A stretch of DNA of 64,000 nt, taken from NCBI GenBank assembly GCA_004764695.1, contig SMSO01000014.1:1669648-1733647 (forward strand), in the 5' to 3' direction. The number at the start of each line of letters is the position of its first letter. The stretch's first letter is position 1. Both the position numbers and the translations under genes were made by a program. The notes under the pieces are model-generated. The model searched no databases and had not been told where the DNA came from. It was given only the letters and a program-made list of their open reading frames with translations. This document shows positions 12,912 through 23,433 of the stretch, one piece after another. The DNA comes from Schizochytrium sp. TIO01 (Eukaryota; Protista; Bigyra: Labyrinthulomycetes).

Positions 12912-15911
12912 ATGAGAGCCCATCAAGGTGTTGGCGGTGCCTCGGGCTACCTCGAAGCTGCCGCTTCGTGGAGTCTGCAGCTGCGTACAGTGTTTGAGGG
13001 CCTTGCTGCAGCGTCATCGTCTAAGCAGAATAGCATAAATCTTGGTGTACCGTCGGCGAAGAAGTCGAGTTCGGAACTCCAGAACGATGCTTCTTCTGCA
13101 GAATTTGAGGGGCAAAGCAATGCAAACTCGCTCTCGAAACCTGCTCTATACGTGCAAACTGGAGACGATGGCACTTGCGAAGCGGCATGTTACGACGAGG
13201 CAATGCTTATGCTATCATACATTGATGAAGACATTAAAGCGCGACAGGCTAATCCTCGAGGCCTCGCATCAACAAGAGCACTGAGAGAACAACTTGAACA
13301 AATGGCAGGACATCTTCGAGCGATATCTGTGGCAATGCAAGCGCTTGAGGACGTTAGTGGCCAGAGTCACGACTCCGAAGGCTCACAATACGGTGGAAGC
13401 GACGACTCCGAAGCTGCTCGCGATTCTCTCACAGGATGGGGCGAGCAGCTATGTTCAAGGGGAGAACTATTGCTTGAAAACCGACACCGAATCACAAGTC
13501 TTGCATGTAATGGGCTTCGCGGACTCTACGTTACAGATGCAGGGGATGTCTTCAGTATTGGAGAAAATGGGACTGGAACGCCAAGTGCAATGACCCCAGA
13601 AACTAATACACGACCGCAGTTCGTTGGTGAGCTGGTTCTTGAAAGAGTACTTCTTGGACGTCGTGTCATTTCGGTGGCATGCGGTCATTTGCATAGTTGT
13701 GCACTTACAGAAGGTGGTCGACTCTGGACGTGGGGTTGTGGACTCGATGGCAGACTTGGCCACGGTAATGAGCTTGACCAAACCTCACCCAAATTGTGCG
13801 AGGCACTGCTCGATGTACAAGTTCGCATGGTTGCTGCAGGGGGGGCTCACACGGTTGCGGTGGCATCTCCAAGTAGGGTGTTCTCATGGGGTCTTGGTCG
13901 CAATGGTCGTTTGGGACTGAGCGATGCCAAATGTCAAAGCCATGCGCTTCCACAACAAGTCCATATGGATGCAAGTATGGTAGTTTACTCTGAGTCTTAC
14001 ACTGCTCTGTTGGGAGAAAATATTCCGCCAAGAATCCGGCAGCGCCGGACTGAGAGCATAGTTTCTGTGGCATGCGGATGGGGATTTACTACCCTTCTTG
14101 GAAGCTCAGGAACTGTTCGAGTCTTTGGTGCAGGGAAAGATGGACAATGCGGGATAGCTCCACCACAAGATGTATATGCGCCTACCATTCTCACTGCTTT
14201 ATCTCACGAAAATATCATTAATGTGTCGTGCGGATTTCATCATGCCGTAGCCGTAACAGCTGCCGGTGAGGTCCTAACCTGGGGCATGGGCGAGCAAGGA
14301 CAACTTGGGCAAGGCAGCGCAATAACCACCAGCCCAGCTCCAGTTCATTTACACGCACGAGGCTTACATGCTTGCCACGCTGCTGCAGGCCAATTTCATA
14401 CACTTTGTGTAGACAATCAGGGTCGCCTATGGGGATGGGGGAGTAATATGCACGGTGCAGTTGAACCTAACCGAAGGGAGATCTTATGGGTCCCGACTCG
14501 CGTTACTGATGTTCGCCAAGGTGAGAAGCCAAGCTTGCGCGATCACAGACAGCTTAAATTGCTTGCTGCCGGGGCTCACTTTAGCATTGCTGTGCGCGGC
14601 ACACTGCCCATGACAAGTGAAGCCGACCTCTTTGCTCAGTCAGCTCGTATAGAGACAATTACACCTTGCTGCTGGACTATGCCAAAACATGACGTTAATA
14701 TTCCTCGAGAACAGCGTTCCGCTGCTGCGATTACACTACAATCTCAAACGAGGTCATTTTGTAGCGGTGCAGCGTTTTTATTCCACAAGAATAAGTTCAA
14801 AGCATATGTTGCAATTCTTACAAGTACGGGGTTTATCGAACTATATAAAGAGTTGAATGCACGATACCCTGAGAAAATAATTACTATCTATGGTGATGAA
14901 GTTGAGCTTCGCTGTAAAGGACGTCTTCTTGAGGCCTGGCGTACGCGCCCAGGTCGTGAGTATTCGTTACTTCTACGTCTACAGCTAGGGTCTGCTGTCG
15001 AGGTACGCGCATGGGCCGCCCATATTACAAAATGTTCTATGGCACAATCCAGTAATACTCAGCAGTCTTTACAGCCTCTCCTAGTAGCCTCGCCAGCAGG
15101 TCAGGATTTTCGAAGAGTTGCGAAAAGCCGAGGTGCGGCTTGGAAAGCAGCTATTGGGAATCCTCTGCGCATCACCCCAGAATTATTTGTGATTTGCAAA
15201 GAAAGAGCGACAAACAAGCAAGAAGGTATTCAAATCGATGTGAAGCGCACCTTACCTACCCTACTCCTATTTGGACGCTCTGGAGAGCCTTTATACGAAC
15301 AGTTGAGTCAGGTTCTAGAACTGTTCCAGGTATTCCGGCCCGATATGGGTTATGTACAAGGTATGTCATATGTGGCGGCTATGCTTTGTTTGCATCTCCC
15401 AAATGATTCATACTCTTGCTTCGTTTGCTTAGCAAACTTACTTGCATCGAAGCACCTATTTCATTTTTTTCGGATTGGGCAGGAGCCTTCTCGAGTTGAG
15501 GAATACTACGCTGCATTAGACAAAATTCTCGAGAAGTCTTCACCAAGACTTTTTAAGCATCTGCAAAAGCTGGAAGTCCTTGATTCGATTCATATGACCT
15601 GGTTCCAGTGGTTACAAACCATGTTTGTTCGTGCTTGGCCTCTGGAACAAGTTACCCAACTATGGGACACGTTTCTACAAGATAACGAACTAGAGATGAT
15701 GCGGGCTTGTGTAGCAAATGTCTTATGTATAGAAGATGTTTTACTTGCTGACGATTCAATTGAGGAGGTTCTATTACATTTGCGAAGTCAAAGCAACGGT
15801 GGTAGCGACAGTCACTCCATGTCTCAGTTTATAATGCAGCGAGCTAATAATAGTGTGCAGGTTCCTCCTGTTGCTCGAGAAGCACTGCGAAAGCTCATGT
15901 CTCAGGACTAA
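12912..15911 (+). CDS. RCC1-repeat + PH-like + Rab-GAP TBC domain protein
   Basis: RCC1 repeats (VACGHLHSCALTEGGRLWTWGCGLDGRLGHG; VSCGFHHAVAVTAAGEVLTWGMGEQGQLG). TBC motifs IQIDVKRT (Arg finger) and GYVQGMSY (Gln finger). PH-like segment ends in the WAAHI helix. First ATG at 12912; the ORF track starts at GTG 12882. Confidence 0.88.
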   Translation: MRAHQGVGGASGYLEAAASWSLQLRTVFEGLAAASSSKQNSINLGVPSAKKSSSELQNDASSAEFEGQSNANSLSKPALYVQTGDDGTCEAACYDEAMLMLSYIDEDIKARQANPRGLASTRALREQLEQMAGHLRAISVAMQALEDVSGQSHDSEGSQYGGSDDSEAARDSLTGWGEQLCSRGELLLENRHRITSLACNGLRGLYVTDAGDVFSIGENGTGTPSAMTPETNTRPQFVGELVLERVLLGRRVISVACGHLHSCALTEGGRLWTWGCGLDGRLGHGNELDQTSPKLCEALLDVQVRMVAAGGAHTVAVASPSRVFSWGLGRNGRLGLSDAKCQSHALPQQVHMDASMVVYSESYTALLGENIPPRIRQRRTESIVSVACGWGFTTLLGSSGTVRVFGAGKDGQCGIAPPQDVYAPTILTALSHENIINVSCGFHHAVAVTAAGEVLTWGMGEQGQLGQGSAITTSPAPVHLHARGLHACHAAAGQFHTLCVDNQGRLWGWGSNMHGAVEPNRREILWVPTRVTDVRQGEKPSLRDHRQLKLLAAGAHFSIAVRGTLPMTSEADLFAQSARIETITPCCWTMPKHDVNIPREQRSAAAITLQSQTRSFCSGAAFLFHKNKFKAYVAILTSTGFIELYKELNARYPEKIITIYGDEVELRCKGRLLEAWRTRPGREYSLLLRLQLGSAVEVRAWAAHITKCSMAQSSNTQQSLQPLLVASPAGQDFRRVAKSRGAAWKAAIGNPLRITPELFVICKERATNKQEGIQIDVKRTLPTLLLFGRSGEPLYEQLSQVLELFQVFRPDMGYVQGMSYVAAMLCLHLPNDSYSCFVCLANLLASKHLFHFFRIGQEPSRVEEYYAALDKILEKSSPRLFKHLQKLEVLDSIHMTWFQWLQTMFVRAWPLEQVTQLWDTFLQDNELEMMRACVANVLCIEDVLLADDSIEEVLLHLRSQSNGGSDSHSMSQFIMQRANNSVQVPPVAREALRKLMSQD

Positions 15912-15959
15912 TGAAAAAAATATGCGTACTACAAGCGCTTATTTACCTGAACCACGTTC

Positions 15960-17615
15960 TTAAGGTTTTGCAGGAGCTGACATAACGGATGATTGACGCT
16001 TGCGAAGATGTAACAGCGTTTTCTTAGCGACAAGAATAGTCACGCCTACGGTCTCAAAAGAACGCACTTGAACCGGAGTGAATGCCTTCTGAATTTCAAC
16101 ATCAGAGACCTCAATTGGACAATTGACCTCTGGGAGCATCAAGAAATCGTCGCGGCCTCCATTTGAACACCATGGATGAATTGCGATTTCTTGAATAGTA
16201 GCTCGTTTTGAAACATCCTTTTCAAGAATTCGCTGAAGAAGGTTCTCTACAGTCATATTTTGGATCTGCACGTTGTTATCTAATTCTATTACTTCGCGTC
16301 TAGGATAACTTACTTGGCCCTCCTGAATTGCTTCGACCAGAGCTTGTGCTGACTCCTCAATAAAGGGTGGACGTCCGAATATCATCATGTATAGTGTTGC
16401 TCCAATAGCCCATATATCTGCAAGTTTGCCATTAAATTCTTCGCCAGAGCACATTTCTGGAGCAATAAATGCCATTGTACCATCTGTTCTATTAATCATC
16501 GGAAGTTCATCATCTTTAAACATTTGTGCGGCACCAAAATCAGAGAGGTAAAGGTGATCACTTTTGTCCACTAACAGATTACTTGGTTTGATATCCTTGT
16601 GAATAATGTTGTTTTTATGCAAAAAGTCCACAGCAGCAACGAGCTGAACAAAAAGATGACGAGCGCGAGTTTCAGAAATGGCTGGACAAACGCTTGCATC
16701 CTGCATAAGAGGACCACCATCAACCAAACTTGTTACGAGATATGTCTTGGGATGGTCCGGGTCATCAATAACTTCAATCAGTGGCAAAATGTTTGGGTGT
16801 CGAAGGCGTTTCTGGATTGCAATCTCCCGCTTGACAGAGTCATCTGATTCACCAGGCATAGCTAAGAGTCGCCGGCGCATCCGCTTGCGGTCAATAATTT
16901 TTATTGCATACCACGCTCCACTCTTGTGTTGAGCCTTCACTACCACACCAAAACTCCCGGCACCAAGGAGCGGACCAAGTTGATAATCATTGACCTTAAT
17001 AGTACTTCCATCGTCTTCTGAAGAAGAAGTAGACGAGGATGTTGTAATTTTTGTCAAAGACGCATTGTGATGGTGATTAGGTGAAAATGCTTCACGTTTT
17101 AGAAGTGAATGTCTTCGCACATCGTCGTTCGTTTCTGAACTATGTCCAAGAATGCCCTTTTCTCCCTCGACTTTACTATGGCTACGCTTACTGGTGTCAG
17201 AAAGCGGTTCTTTGACAACCTTACCGCGTGCTGATACCTCTCGATCATCATCATGTTCAATTGTAATTGCAAGTGTTTCTGGCCCTTTTGATGACATATC
17301 GTTACATATTTGGATTCCGCATGCAGCTTCTCGAATTAATTTACGGTAATCGTTGATGGTCTTACGAGCCTCCTCTAGTGTCTGTATGTCTTGCAGGTCT
17401 ATTTTTGTGCCTGATACCTCATTTTGAATAAAGGTTAGAAGTCTTTGGAGCAAGTCAGCTTGTGCATCCTCGCGAAGTATCAAGGATACGTTCTCACCCG
17501 GTTGAGGCAAAGACTTCAAGTCTAGGGCATGTTTAGATTGTGCATTAAGTCTAGCGTCAAAGCTTGCGTCAGCTCTCGACGACACAGCAGAAGCTGCGCT
17601 TACCGCAGACCCCAT
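15960..17615 (-). CDS. CaMKK/GRIK/SAK1-family Ser/Thr protein kinase (AMPK-upstream kinase clade)
   Basis: Motifs GAGSFG, YAIK, REIAI..LRHPNI..LIEVIDDP, HKDIKPSN, DFG, GTMAFIAPE, DIWAIG. The C-terminal ILVAKKTLLHLRKRQS resembles the CaMKK CaM-binding tail. First ATG at 17615 gives MGSAVS. Confidence 0.85.
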   Translation of the reverse strand: MGSAVSAASAVSSRADASFDARLNAQSKHALDLKSLPQPGENVSLILREDAQADLLQRLLTFIQNEVSGTKIDLQDIQTLEEARKTINDYRKLIREAACGIQICNDMSSKGPETLAITIEHDDDREVSARGKVVKEPLSDTSKRSHSKVEGEKGILGHSSETNDDVRRHSLLKREAFSPNHHHNASLTKITTSSSTSSSEDDGSTIKVNDYQLGPLLGAGSFGVVVKAQHKSGAWYAIKIIDRKRMRRRLLAMPGESDDSVKREIAIQKRLRHPNILPLIEVIDDPDHPKTYLVTSLVDGGPLMQDASVCPAISETRARHLFVQLVAAVDFLHKNNIIHKDIKPSNLLVDKSDHLYLSDFGAAQMFKDDELPMINRTDGTMAFIAPEMCSGEEFNGKLADIWAIGATLYMMIFGRPPFIEESAQALVEAIQEGQVSYPRREVIELDNNVQIQNMTVENLLQRILEKDVSKRATIQEIAIHPWCSNGGRDDFLMLPEVNCPIEVSDVEIQKAFTPVQVRSFETVGVTILVAKKTLLHLRKRQSSVMSAPAKP

Positions 17616-18695
17616 CCTTCTTAAGAAATCCAAAAGCTGCGTTAAGCGCTCTGCAAGCTATATACGTGACAACACCTGACGATGAGCTTTAGCGTATCGA
17701 TAGCATGCAATCCACCAGCGTTTGATGTTGTTTGACAAATGCTATCTGGATCTCTGTTTTGATTGTGGAATGATTACTCACTCTGTCTCACATACCAACG
17801 TTTTTCCGCAGGAGCATCTACATTTTGAACTTGATCCTTTCCCCACTTCATTACTTTCATAATCACGATTATTTCTCTATTATTTCTCGAAGGTAGGTTC
17901 TGTACTATAACAAAGTTCCTCTGCGCACGTATAATCAAGATGGCTTACTTAAATAGTATGTTTCTTTTCTTTCTCTTTTATACTAATCTCAATGCCGATT
18001 GTAGGTTTAGGTCATATTTGAAAAAGGTATTTTGTTCTAGACGTAATTGGCTATATTCCATAGTTTTCAACTTTTGGCCGAATTAAGTATTTTTTTAGGC
18101 TGAAACATTTTGAAACTAGAGCTACAGAAAGGTCCCTCCCTGTTGCTCACACCCTCAATATTTTCCTTACTCATTCCGCAACTGCTTCCATAAAGTTCAA
18201 CATCTAAATGAGTCGCGCCCATTATATTATTCTATGATATAACTCCTTCGGAGTCGCCCTCAGAGATACGTGCGTCCGCGTCGAGAAATGTCGTAACGGA
18301 TACCTCTTGTGGCGAAAAAGTGCTAAATCAGGGACCAAACGAGAGTGTCCTTAATATCAATTGGGAATAGTAGAGGAGGCTTAGTGAGTGAGTAACCAAC
18401 ATCTTGTGTATAGAACTAGACCATACTTGTTTCGCTCTTGCCTTCATATGAACTCAACTTGGGTGGCTCAACACAAACTAATTTGCTTATCGTAGATAAC
18501 CCCCTTCTAGGAAACTAGATTTTTTATTTTTTCAATAGCATGGTACCCTAGTATTTATGTTTCAAATCCAAAAGCCGACGAAGTCGGCAAAGCAGAGAAA
18601 AAAATCTTTTTGGGTGGGGGGCGAGAGCATAGTTCTTCCCCTTAGAGAGAAGGCGAGATAGATTTAAAATTATGTACTTGAATAGTATATCTTCA

Positions 18696-20306
18696 TTACG
18701 GGATAAACGTATTTCTGTAGGTATCATCTTGCGCAGGAAACGCTGGGCGGATTTCACCAATATGATCGTAGATCTTGCGATCACCGTCGAAGCGTGATTT
18801 AAGCTCGTCATAATCAGGGAAACTCGCTTGTTTAGCCAGATCCAGCAGGTACTCCCACTGGTCCGCAAGTACATGAGCAGCGGCCTCAGGGATTTCACCA
18901 GCAGCAACACGCGCATCAGTAGCCAGCATGGTTGCCTTACGAGCTTCCGCGTCAGGAACACACTCAGGGTTGCTCACCATGTGAGCACACCAGCGCGCCT
19001 GGACATCGAAAAACGGGAACGGGACAATGGGCTGGTTAAGACCCACAAAAAACAACATAGGGTTGTCGATATGCATAAGATCTTTGTACAATGAGCGAAC
19101 CCTTTTATTGTTTGCAGTTAGCTCTGGCACGCCCTCAGGAAGAAAAGGGTAGTCAAACTGGTATCCTGTACAGAAGATAACGGTATCGGCTTCGATGGGT
19201 TCACCTCGCTCAAAATGTACACGGCGCGAGTTTGGCTCGAGAGATGTGAGCCGTGGGCGCCAACGGACTTCACGAGTGTCGGGCACACGATAGCAAGTTT
19301 CTCCTTCAGCTTCTAGCTCAACAATCTTGCCTGTCTTGTCACGAACCTTTGCGTCTTTGGGGCATTCGTCATCACAAATATGGACTTCCGCGGCAATGCC
19401 ATCCAGCTCACGGCCAATATCGGTTCCAGAGCTCTGGGCTCCAACAACTACTACGACCTGGTCACGGAAGGTTTCAGGGCGACGGTAGTCTTTGGAGTGA
19501 ATACAATTGCCTTTCCATAGGTCCAATTCAGCGGCCAGGCGTCCGGGAATGAGGGGCTTGTTGAAGTGGCCATTGCAGACTAGAACAGAGTCAAAGATCT
19601 CAGTTTCGGCTGCTGCAGTATTCTTACCATGGGTCACTTCAAACTTGCCCTCATCTAGGATCTTAATATCCTGCACAGGAGCATTAAACTGGATATACTT
19701 GTGTAAGCCTTTCGCGTCGGCAAATGAGTGCAAGTAATTCTCCATATCCTTGCTTCTCACAAACGAAGAAATGCCTTCGGGAAATGGAAATCCAGGGAAG
19801 GCCATCAACCTTGTCGGTAGGTTGGTGCGCAGTCCATCGTAAATCTGCGAGTCTGGTTTGTTAAGAGACCATGTGCCCCCAACCTCAGAGTGGCCCTCTA
19901 GCACCTTCACGCTAACACCTGCTTTTGAGAGCGCTTCTGCACATGCCTGCAATCATCCAAATTTTCCAATATTATCAAGATTTTTCAGCACCGTCAGTTA
20001 CCTCTTCATTTGATTTAATCAACAATATTAGCAACAACAATCGCATGTTTCTTCTCTCACGCGTACGTAGTGCGTGTGTTATGATGTGTTTCTCTGGATT
20101 CTTTCTACCGTCCTATGTTTCGAGATAGAGATCGCGTGTTGTGCAAAATTTCACACGCCATCGCCCATGGATGACCGCAAAGCCTCGCACAAAAAGTAAA
20201 ATTATTGCAAAAGACTTGTTCTCGTCTTGAATACATCACTTACCAATCCTGAGGCGCCTGCGCCGACTACGCACGCCCGTGCCATTTTGCTCGTCGCCGA
20301 TTGCAT
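18696..20306 (-). CDS. Flavin-containing monooxygenase (FMO), two exons: 20306-20244 and 19946-18696
   Basis: Exon 1 encodes MQSATSKMARACVVGAGASGL (FAD GxGxxG) and joins in phase to ACAEALSKAG. Also GGTW, FMO fingerprint WKGNCIHSKDY, NADPH motif VVVVGAQSSG and FCTGY. Alternative start ATG at 20285. Confidence 0.9.
19947..20243 (-). other. Spliceosomal intron (297 nt, phase 0) in the FMO gene
   Basis: On the minus strand the donor is TTG|GTAAGT and the acceptor is TTGCAG|GCA. Removing it restores the GAGASGL-ACA dinucleotide-binding fold. Confidence 0.88.
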
Positions 20307-20437
20307 GGTTGCGAAGATCTATCTACTTTTCTTTTCTTCTAAAGGCAGAGCTTTCTTTGTTTTTGCTTTAAGTTTTGTAGTGGAGCTCCCAAGTGGCAAA
20401 CAAAACTTGTTCAACTCAGTCTCTTGATGATAACTGA

Positions 20438-22030
20438 GGCACTTCCGAGGATTATGCTCGTCTCTTAACTGGCTTCAACTCGCTCCTGGCCGATGGCTGC
20501 CTACGAGTAGGCTCGCGCCGGCAGAAGTTTGTTTATGCACAAGTCGATGTCGAGAACGACTTGACTCTCGAGATTGGGTTTTGCTCGGAGACACGCTCGC
20601 AGTGAGGTATTATGTTTTGCGTGAACACTCAACGCCCAAAGCAAAGCGATTTGCCGTCCCTTCTGCGTCGCTTGCTTGCTTAAAGCAGTAGAAGCGAAGG
20701 TGGAAGAAGCCGCGTCCGTAGAGGTGTGGACTCTCTGAGGATCGTGAGAAGGTTGTGTTGGGAACACTTTAAGGCGATGTGTTGATTTGTGGCAAGAATT
20801 CAATATTTACTTTTATTGGGAGTATGGAGCAATGCTCAGACTCATCTACATGCTGTTTTGAAGAACCAGGGCAGGAATAAATTTGCAATAGCAGTGCTTA
20901 CGGTGGTACTTTTTTGAAGGATACAAATAGGACTTGCAAAACCGTGCGTACTTCATCGGGTCGGAGTAAATATAGATAACGTATCAACAACAACAGAGAA
21001 ACTCCTCAAGCTGCTGCGAGGAGAAAAAATCTTGAGTGAAGTTCGCGTTGGCTGCTGGAGCCTCTGCCTGTGTCCCGGATTCGTGCAACTGCGACAAACA
21101 TTGCTGAAAGATCTTAGTGACTGGGATGTTGTTGTTTATGTGCTAGTGCAAGAGCTGCAATGATTTCATTCTTCCTCAATCAAGGGAGAAAATACTCGCG
21201 GTGCATCTAGTTGGGCAATCTGGCGACACGCTCGCTCAGTTCGATCTCCGAACAATTGTAGACACAGTTGGCGTTTACAAATGAACGATGAACATAGTCC
21301 TAAGGGCCAACATGTTCTCTGGGCGTATGCGAACAGCCGATATTCATGAACTAGGAGCCAGATACACTACTTCTAAGGAAGGCAATAGGTTTTCCACAGA
21401 TCGCGCGATCTTCTAATTTGAGCGATCCTGATGGGTTCGAGACCATTGCTCACAGTTGAGACGATGCTGGCTCGCTATGGATTGAAAATCGAAACGCAAA
21501 AGAAAACTCCGTGCAGCCAGTCCGAGGCCACGCTCCTCGACGGTGAACGGCAACTGTTCCTCCAGGCGACTCCATGGCTTTTTAGCACAAGTTTTATGTA
21601 GCTTGCTGGTCTATAATGCTTATCTAAGAAGCGAATTATAACTTTGATATTTTCACCTGAATGACATTGTTGACTTCTCTCTTCATATTATTACGGAAAG
21701 AACCGGGCGCTACCCAGATTTTCAGATACTTCGCTCGTGGAGTTGCATTGTCAAAGACTTTCTAGACCCTCTGCATGAGCCAAGTCCGCTCTAGATACTC
21801 AGCCTGGAAGTTGCAGAATCATATCTGATTTATTCGCCACCTCCATGAGACTTCTCGGCACTTGTGGTGGCATAATTAAAGTGTGTGAACTAAGAAAAGA
21901 AAGAAAGTTAGATCACTCGCACAATCGCTCTTCTTTGGCGTTTGGTCACATCTGCAGATTTGGTTGCTACGAAGGTGAATTGTTTTATAGCTTCTTAGGA
22001 AAGAAGGAAGGGTTTCTTGCAACAGCCCGG
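20438..22030 (+). pseudogene. Possible decayed coding sequence of unknown family
   Basis: Coding-like composition without microsatellites. Protein-like fragments (GTSEDYARLLTGFNSLLADG...; GLSEDREKVVLGTL*GDVLICG; LLKLLRGEKILSEVRVG) are broken by stops and frame changes. No family recognised. Confidence 0.25.
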
Positions 22031-23433
22031 GTTTAAGCTTATTCAAGAACCTCGGATGAATGCTTTCATGCATGAGTACTTTCATTTTCCGTTCTCTTTT
22101 CTTTTCGTTGATTGAGTTTTAATAAAATTAACTTTAATTAATTGCACTTTCAATTCGGACACCCCTGGCGTGAGTGTGAACCGCGAGGAGATCAATGATG
22201 TAGGACAACAAGGGCCTCTGACTGAAAGCAGAAACATTGCCCCCGGACATTTGTCAGCGGCATAGATGGCGAACGGAGGCGCAGAGCGCAAGTGCCGTTC
22301 GAATGCTTGAGCCGGTTAAATAAAAATAAGTCACACGTGATTTTCATAGACGCCTACAGGAGTTATGACTCTAATATTATTAGCCCGCTGCTGTAAAAGT
22401 TCTTTCAGGAAAGACCTGTGGACAACCTTGGTTCAACCCGAGAAGGCGGTCACTTGGCTCGCATGATGCTTGGACCGACCCATCGATCCCGAAATTGCTA
22501 GGTCAAGACTTTCTAACTTGCCAATGCAGGCCATTTTGCTCGTGCACTGTTCAAGCGAGCGAGGTATTGTTATTTTTGTTATTTTTGCGATGATTATTGG
22601 TAATTTTTTACTTTGTTTTTTCCTTTATAACATACCTACGTACATATTGTTTTTGAATAACTTTGAAAGAAAAGAAAAGAATTCATTCAGAAGGTATCGA
22701 AAGCACGCGACGGCCAACTCACAAAATTTGGTTGCAAGTGTTGAGAGGCAGTATGACGACTTGAACACATAGGACTATCTATATTCTCTATCCAGACTTC
22801 ATCAGAAATGTTGGACCCCTTCGTCAATTGCACACGACAATTGATCTGCTCCACATGTTGTGCTTTTACTAGAATTAGGAGGTACCTAGGTACTTATTTA
22901 CTATTTAATGCTCCAACAATTTCATCTGACTCGAACCTTCACTGCGAAAGCATTACCAGTATTGTTTTCCAAATCTTTGTGGATTCGCAATGTGTATTCT
23001 ACAGTCTCCCTTCTATACTCCAAAGGCAAATTCTTTACTGTCCCATAAAAACTAAGCTTTCGCAGACCTTTTATTGTAGTAGTAGTAGTTCTCCACACGA
23101 TGTATGATGTCGCACGTCCTTTTGTGCTGTTCTACATGTAGTCTTAATCGCCCAAGAGAGGCTACTCTATCAGTAATCAGACTAGCTAGCATTTAGGTAG
23201 GGGTGCGCAAAGAGTGTGTACTATCTCGAGGACTGGGTGTGTCCCTCAAGGGGGAACCCGCATATGATTGGCTGGTTGGTCATGGTCTCTTGAAGATGGA
23301 TGATGAATAAACGAGTTAGCGATTGAAGGAATCGATCGATCAATCACTCGTCGATCGATTCTTCGGTCGCAAGTCACGGTGAGGGCCGTGCGAGGTTGCG
23401 AGGGATCGAGAGGCTACCTAATTATTCTGGAAC

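Noticed and set aside
18242-18254. Apparent cUUCGg tetraloop hairpin
   Set aside because: Pairing gives only a 5-bp stem with a 3-nt loop, which is expected by chance.
22410-22565. Frame WLA*CLDRP...ILLVHCSSERG as a selenoprotein or phosphatase fragment
   Set aside because: No complete HCxxGxxR motif, no start context and no SECIS identified.
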